NCBI RefSeq assembly: GCF_006345805.1
Contig: NW_021826955.1
Coordinates: 1-11,684, forward strand
From: Octopus sinensis
Taxonomy: Eukaryota
Direction: 5' to 3'
DNA: 11,684 nt
Positions 7,079 to 11,684 of the stretch are shown in pieces. The position numbers and the translations under genes were made by a program. The notes under the pieces are model-generated. The model saw only the letters and a program-made list of their open reading frames with translations, had not been told where the DNA came from and did no database searches. Positions within the stretch are counted from its first letter, which is position 1; every line of letters starts with the position of its first letter.

Positions 7079-7290
7079 TTTCTACTCAAAGCACACGGCC
7101 CGAAATTTTTGGGGAGGGGCCCAGTCGATTAGATCGACCCCAGTACACAACTGGTACTTAATTTATCGACCCCGAAAGGATGAAAGGCAAAGTCGACCTC
7201 GGAGGAATTTGAATTCAGAATGTAAAGACAGACGAAATACTGCTAAGCAATTCGCCTGGCCTGCTAACAATTCTGCCAGCTCGCCGCCTT
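7076..7290 (-). mobile_element. Family C SINE, full length
   Basis: Reverse complement begins AAGGCGGCGAGCTGGCAGAATTGTTAGC; CTTTCATCCTTTCGGGGTCGATAAATTAAGTAC is identical to the plus-strand copy at 5463. Confidence 0.92.
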
Positions 7291-7519
7291 AGATTAGGTT
7301 AAACATTACAGTCAACTTTACTCACTACTATGTACTAAATTTACTATGTATGGTTAAGTTAAAAGTTCCACCTGCCAAAGGTCACTACTACACACTAAAT
7401 GCAGTGTGTATGATGCGTATATTGATTTATTGTATTTTCTAATCTGAAACTAAATTCCTACACTTAAAAGTGATAGAGATGCTAGATAGCAGATAGTGGT
7501 AAATATTGTCGGTAAATTT

Positions 7520-7520
<1 letters not shown>

Positions 7521-7574
<54 letters not shown>

Positions 7575-7821
7575 GTCTGTCTATCTGCCTGTCAGTCTGT
7601 CTGTCTTCTCTCTCCTCCCTCCCTCCCTCCCTCCCTCCCCCCCCCCTCTCTCTCTATTTGTCTGTCTTATCCATCCATGAATTTATCTATTTATATACAT
7701 ATGTGCCTATTGTTTGTACATGCGTACATACATACATACATGTATGCATGCATACATACATACATACATACATACATACATACATACATACATACATACA
7801 TACTACATACATACATACATA
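7521..7821. repeat. Compound (CTAT)n/(CTGT)n/(CCCT)n/(TACA)n microsatellite
   Basis: Direct reading. Confidence 0.95.
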
Positions 7822-8025
7822 TACTAGGGGTGCTGAAAAGTTCCTGCATTTAATGGTACCGCGAAAGCAGCTTTGAGGGTATCGCCCAACCGTCTGAGTT
7901 CTTTTACAGGACTTAGAAAAATTGAAGGACCACAATCTGAGAGGGGAATATGTTGAATAAAATCACAAGTAACTGAACCTCCTGTATTTTCTTTTACCCA
8001 AAGCCAGTAACTTTTCAGTGCCTGC
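7822..8025 (+). mobile_element. Mariner-derived non-autonomous element (MITE), ~200 bp
   Basis: TA at 7822-7823. TIR GGTGCTGAAAAGTTCCTGCATTT (7829-7851) vs AAAGCCAGTAACTTTTCAGTGCC (8000-8022) is 18/23 complementary. Residual transposase C-terminus LRGEYVE* at 7937-7960. Confidence 0.8.
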
Positions 8026-8164
8026 AAGCCTAGTATTTATTATATCAGTTCCTTTTACCGAACCGCTAGATATATATGGGTACATAAACTCACCAGCATC
8101 GGTTGTCAAGTGATGGCAGGGGGACAAACACACACACACACACGTACACACACACACACACATG

Positions 8165-8235
<71 letters not shown>

Positions 8236-8380
8236 AATTTCCGTCTACTAAATCCATTCACAAGGCTTTGGTCGGCCCGAGGCTACAGAAGACACTTGAC
8301 CAACGTGCCACGCAGTGGGACTGAACCCGAAAGCATGTGGTTGAGAAGCAAGCTTCTTACCGCACAGCCACGCCTGCGCC
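8026..8380 (-). mobile_element. Family B SINE with an internal (TG)n microsatellite; 3' end cut at the MITE
   Basis: Minus strand GGCGCAGGCGTGGCTGTGCGGTAAGAAGCTTGC...GGTTCAGTCCC (box A/B), core as at 3841-4000, then (TG)n at 8128-8232 and a unique tail. Confidence 0.88.
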
Positions 8381-8479
8381 TATATATATGTGTGTGTGTG
8401 TGTGTGTGTATGCTTGTGTGTTGAAGTGTGTGTGTGTTTGTATGCTTGTGTGTTGGAGTGTGTGTGCGTACGTGCTTGC

Positions 8480-8770
8480 ACGCGTTTGGTTAAGAAGTTC
8501 GCTTCGCAACCATGAAGTTCGTGATTCCCACTGTATGGACACCTCGAGCATGGGTCTTTAGCATGATCTCAGGTTAAACCAAGCATTGTGAGCGAACCGT
8601 GAGAATATGGAAACTACTTAGAAGTACGTCGGATGGGCTGTATTTGTAATTTAACAGTACAGCCTTGTCACATTGGGTTTTGCTGAATTTGCTTGAGAAT
8701 TACGTTAAAGACTCACGAATCTGTACACTAATTTAGTGACTAGGTCATCAGATAGATCGAACAATGGATG
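8480..8770 (+). mobile_element. Old SINE with family B-like head/core and family A-like 3' half
   Basis: 8480-8630 is collinear with the reverse complement of 8233-8365. CAGCCTTGTCACA at 8660-8672 is identical to 2315-2327, and GCTGAAT...TAC.TTAA.G...CACG..TCTGT continues the match. Confidence 0.6.
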
Positions 8771-9314
8771 AAGTAATCTGTCAGGTATCTGTTATGTACG
8801 ATGTTTCTAAGTTCATCGTAACTGCACGCTGATGTACTTCATGTTTATTATAATTCAAGTTAACGTACATCGTGTAATTTTTTGCTTTTGTCTTCATTTA
8901 TTTGTTGTTTAAATCACCACAACGCTCAAAAGCAAATTTGGGGGCCACAGGATTAGATGCTTCGACATATTGGCTCAGATTCAGTCATCGAAATAGCATA
9001 GGAGTGTAATTTTATCAATATAGCAACCAAATCTCTCTATACAAATTCTCTGCTTTTTAAGAACCACGTGACTTATGTTCAACATATTAACACTAATGTT
9101 CATATTCCTATGGCTTCGTCAGAAGATAGCAGAGTTTATGGCCATTTTTAACAAATGAAACAAATTGGAGGGAGAGAGAAAGTTATTCTCGAACCAGAGC
9201 CCTGAACAAAAAGCTTGTGATGAAAGCGCAGAAACACTAATGAATGGTGTTAAGCCGGACGACAGACTAATTTTATCATTTAAAAATCAGGAACGCTCCA
9301 TCCATCATACTTCC

Positions 9315-9454
9315 ACTCAGCTTCCATTTACCAAATTTCAGTCAAAACGTTTTGGTCATTCACAAAGATCAAATCAACTCTAAGGTGTCTCGAAGTGGCC
9401 CAAAGTTAGGAAATTATGAAGTAAACTTCTTTGTCACACAGCTACATCCGCGTC
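9315..9454 (-). mobile_element. Highly diverged family B SINE head/core
   Basis: CAGCTTCCATTTACCAAATTTCAGTCA...TTTGGTC...AAGGTGTCTCGAAGTGG...AAACTTCTT..CACACAGCTACATCCGCGTC is collinear with 8233-8380. Confidence 0.55.
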
Positions 9455-9760
9455 CAATTGACTAAAAAAAATGACGAAAATCATTATAGCTATATATTCC
9501 ATAAAAACCCCAGATAAGTTAGTAAGCTCCCGAGAAATAAATCCAAGCAACTGGTTCGATATTTAAATTGAAACCAATTCAACACCACGCTGCTACTTCA
9601 TTGAGTAAATCGAGAATTTAAAAATTGCTGTAGTATTTATACTTACCAGTCTCAGATTCTGAGTTTAATTGCTGCCAATGTTTATTTGTTCTATCAAATA
9701 GCAGTCAAGTATTTTGGACTCGATTCAATTTTCTACCAGCCTTACCATTCAAATAAAAAA

Positions 9761-9890
9761 TGGCCGGTTGGCAGAATCGATAGAACATCAGACGAATGCC
9801 TTGCAGAAAATTGTTCTTATTGTATGCTTTCTAAGTACAAATCCTAGTGATATCAACTTTGGCTTTCCTTTTCCAGGATTCTGAAAATAT
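9761..9890 (+). mobile_element. Highly diverged family C-like SINE; a weaker remnant at ~9610-9735
   Basis: TTGGCAGAATCGATAGAAC...AATGCCTT...TTCTAAGTACAAATCC...TCAACTTTGGCTTTCCTTTT is collinear with 5470-5590. Confidence 0.55.
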
Positions 9891-10571
9891 GATATAAATA
9901 TATGAAATAGAACATATGAGAGACGGCTTGTGTAATTGTTTGTCGCAGATGTTCAAATTATTGGCGACTCTTAGTTTAATGAGGCATAATTTCCCTAGAA
10001 GTGGCTATTACTCTATATGTAGATGCTAAGAACTTTCTTTCTTTCAATTCCTGATCGAACGTTATATGAAGCAAAATTTATTTTAAAATTCCATTAATTT
10101 CCTCCAGATTTTAATTAATTTAATTTTTTATTTTAATGAAATATGTCAAATAAGTTACAGGTTATATCATTTCTAAAAAGAATAATAAAATACTATACAC
10201 GATTACCAGGAGCTAGAAATGGTAAGAATTTTGTAGAATTCTGTACATCTTCCCAACATTCCTTAATTGCGAATTCAAATTTCAGATCCTGCTACGTTGT
10301 GGAGACATTACTATCTCTTAACGGCCATCTTTAGGGAAAAACGCATGAAACACACGTATTTGAATAAGTATAATACTATTCAAATGCTGGAATCGATTTC
10401 TCTCTGTATCTCTCACCCTCTTTCTCAATCTCTATCTCTGTCTTTCACTCTCTTTCTCTGTCTCTTTTTTTTTTCTCTCTCTCTCTTGCGATCGAATCAG
10501 CTACGATATATTGTGAGGAGACAACTCCTACCCATAAGAAATAAATGAAGTTTAACGATGAACAACTTTAC

Positions 10572-10653
10572 CTGAGCTAGCATCTTACAATATGTCCTAA
10601 TAAACCGAAGAACGCGGCGGACAAAAAATAATCGGACATCGACGTACTATTTG
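10572..10653 (-). other. Candidate non-coding/5'-UTR exon of a host transcript
   Basis: Acceptor TTTTTTTTTCTCTTTTGTGTAG| before 10653 and donor CAG|GTAAAG after 10572; all three frames contain a stop. Motif evidence only. Confidence 0.25.
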
Positions 10654-10875
10654 CTACACAAAAGAGAAAAAAAAATATGGCCCTGTGTCGATTTTAGCAA
10701 TCATGGAATCACAACAACTAGTTTCTCTCCTTTAAAAATACAAAGACCTTTGAAACCTACACAAAAGAGAGAAATCAAAATGTATTTCATGTTACATAGA
10801 TTAAAATAATTTATTATAATTGTTATTTCTCCAGGGAAAATTTCTGAAAGGTCTCTCCAGTTTTTTCATCACTTC

Positions 10876-11284
10876 GTGTGTATATGTGTGTGTGTGTGTG
10901 TGTACGTTCATGCGCGTGTGTGTAAGTGTGTATATATCAGAGGTATGTATTCACACACACACGTATACACACACACACACATACACACACACACTTATAG
11001 AACATTTTCTTTTGTTACATATTTTCTGTTTTTCTTTTTTATTCATTATACTCTTCTATTTATCACTCTCATTTCTTGCTTTATTTCATTCGGTCTTTCT
11101 TCTTCCAATCTTTCTCCCTCTCTCTCTCTCTCTCTTTCCGTATATCTCTCTCCTTTGCTTTCTCTCTATACAAACAGGAACACACACATGTGTATATATA
11201 TGTATGTTTGCAAGTATGTATGTATGTATGCTTGTATGTATATATATATGTATGCATGTATGTATGTATGTATATATATGTATA

Positions 11285-11315
<31 letters not shown>

Positions 11316-11477
11316 GTATTCTATCACGCACATAAATATATATACATATATATAAATATATATACATATATATATATACATATATATATACATACATACA
11401 TACATACAAACATACATGCACATGCACACACACATACACGCGCGCGCACAGACACACATGCACACACACACACCCAC

Positions 11478-11506
<29 letters not shown>
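10876..11506. repeat. Compound (TG)n/(CA)n/(CT)n/(TATG)n/(TA)n microsatellite region
   Basis: Direct reading; source of all ORFs called here. Confidence 0.95.
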
Positions 11507-11508
<2 letters not shown>

Positions 11509-11614
11509 ACAAATACTTTTGTAATTTTATAATCAGCAAAAAGTAATTCTCTGCCATCTCCACTTGCTTCCTCGACTATCATTCCTGCTCCTTCCTCTCT
11601 TCATTATTCTCAGC

Positions 11615-11684
11615 ACCTCACCACCACCACCATCCCCACCCCCACCCCCACCCCCACCATCATCATCACCATCATTAACATCAT
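11615..11684. repeat. (CAC)n/(CCCCCA)n/(CAT)n simple repeats
   Basis: Direct reading. Confidence 0.85.

Noticed and set aside
8797-8876. Small hairpins TACGATG/CATCGTA and GATGTAC/GTACATC
   Set aside because: 7-bp stems are expected by chance.
1-11684. CRISPR array, operon or other prokaryotic system
   Set aside because: No regularly spaced repeat-spacer units or gene-dense coding; the content is metazoan repetitive DNA.

Overview
AT-rich, microsatellite-laden eukaryotic non-coding DNA with no intact protein-coding gene. The SINE families and repeat make-up look like Octopus/cephalopod DNA (recognition from memory, not a database result). Almost every ORF in the track is a microsatellite or SINE artefact. 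The window is a stack of mobile elements: (i) a decayed 5'-truncated R4/Dong-type RLE retrotransposon (784-1587, minus) inside a (TAA)n tract; (ii) a decayed gag-like ORF1 of a non-LTR element (5014-6181, minus), split in frame by a SINE with a perfect 17-bp TSD; (iii) about a dozen tRNA-derived SINE copies or fragments from several families (my labels A-D); (iv) a mariner-derived MITE. The most interesting item is a short non-autonomous element present in three pieces (672-1794 minus, 1795-1976 plus, 4897-5013 plus). Its reconstructed architecture is tRNA-like Pol III head + (AAT)n spacer + body + Penelope-type minimal type I hammerhead ribozyme (1868-1913) + 3' hairpin, i.e. a candidate SINE/retrozyme hybrid. 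Two of the copies sit head-to-head around a palindromic junction.
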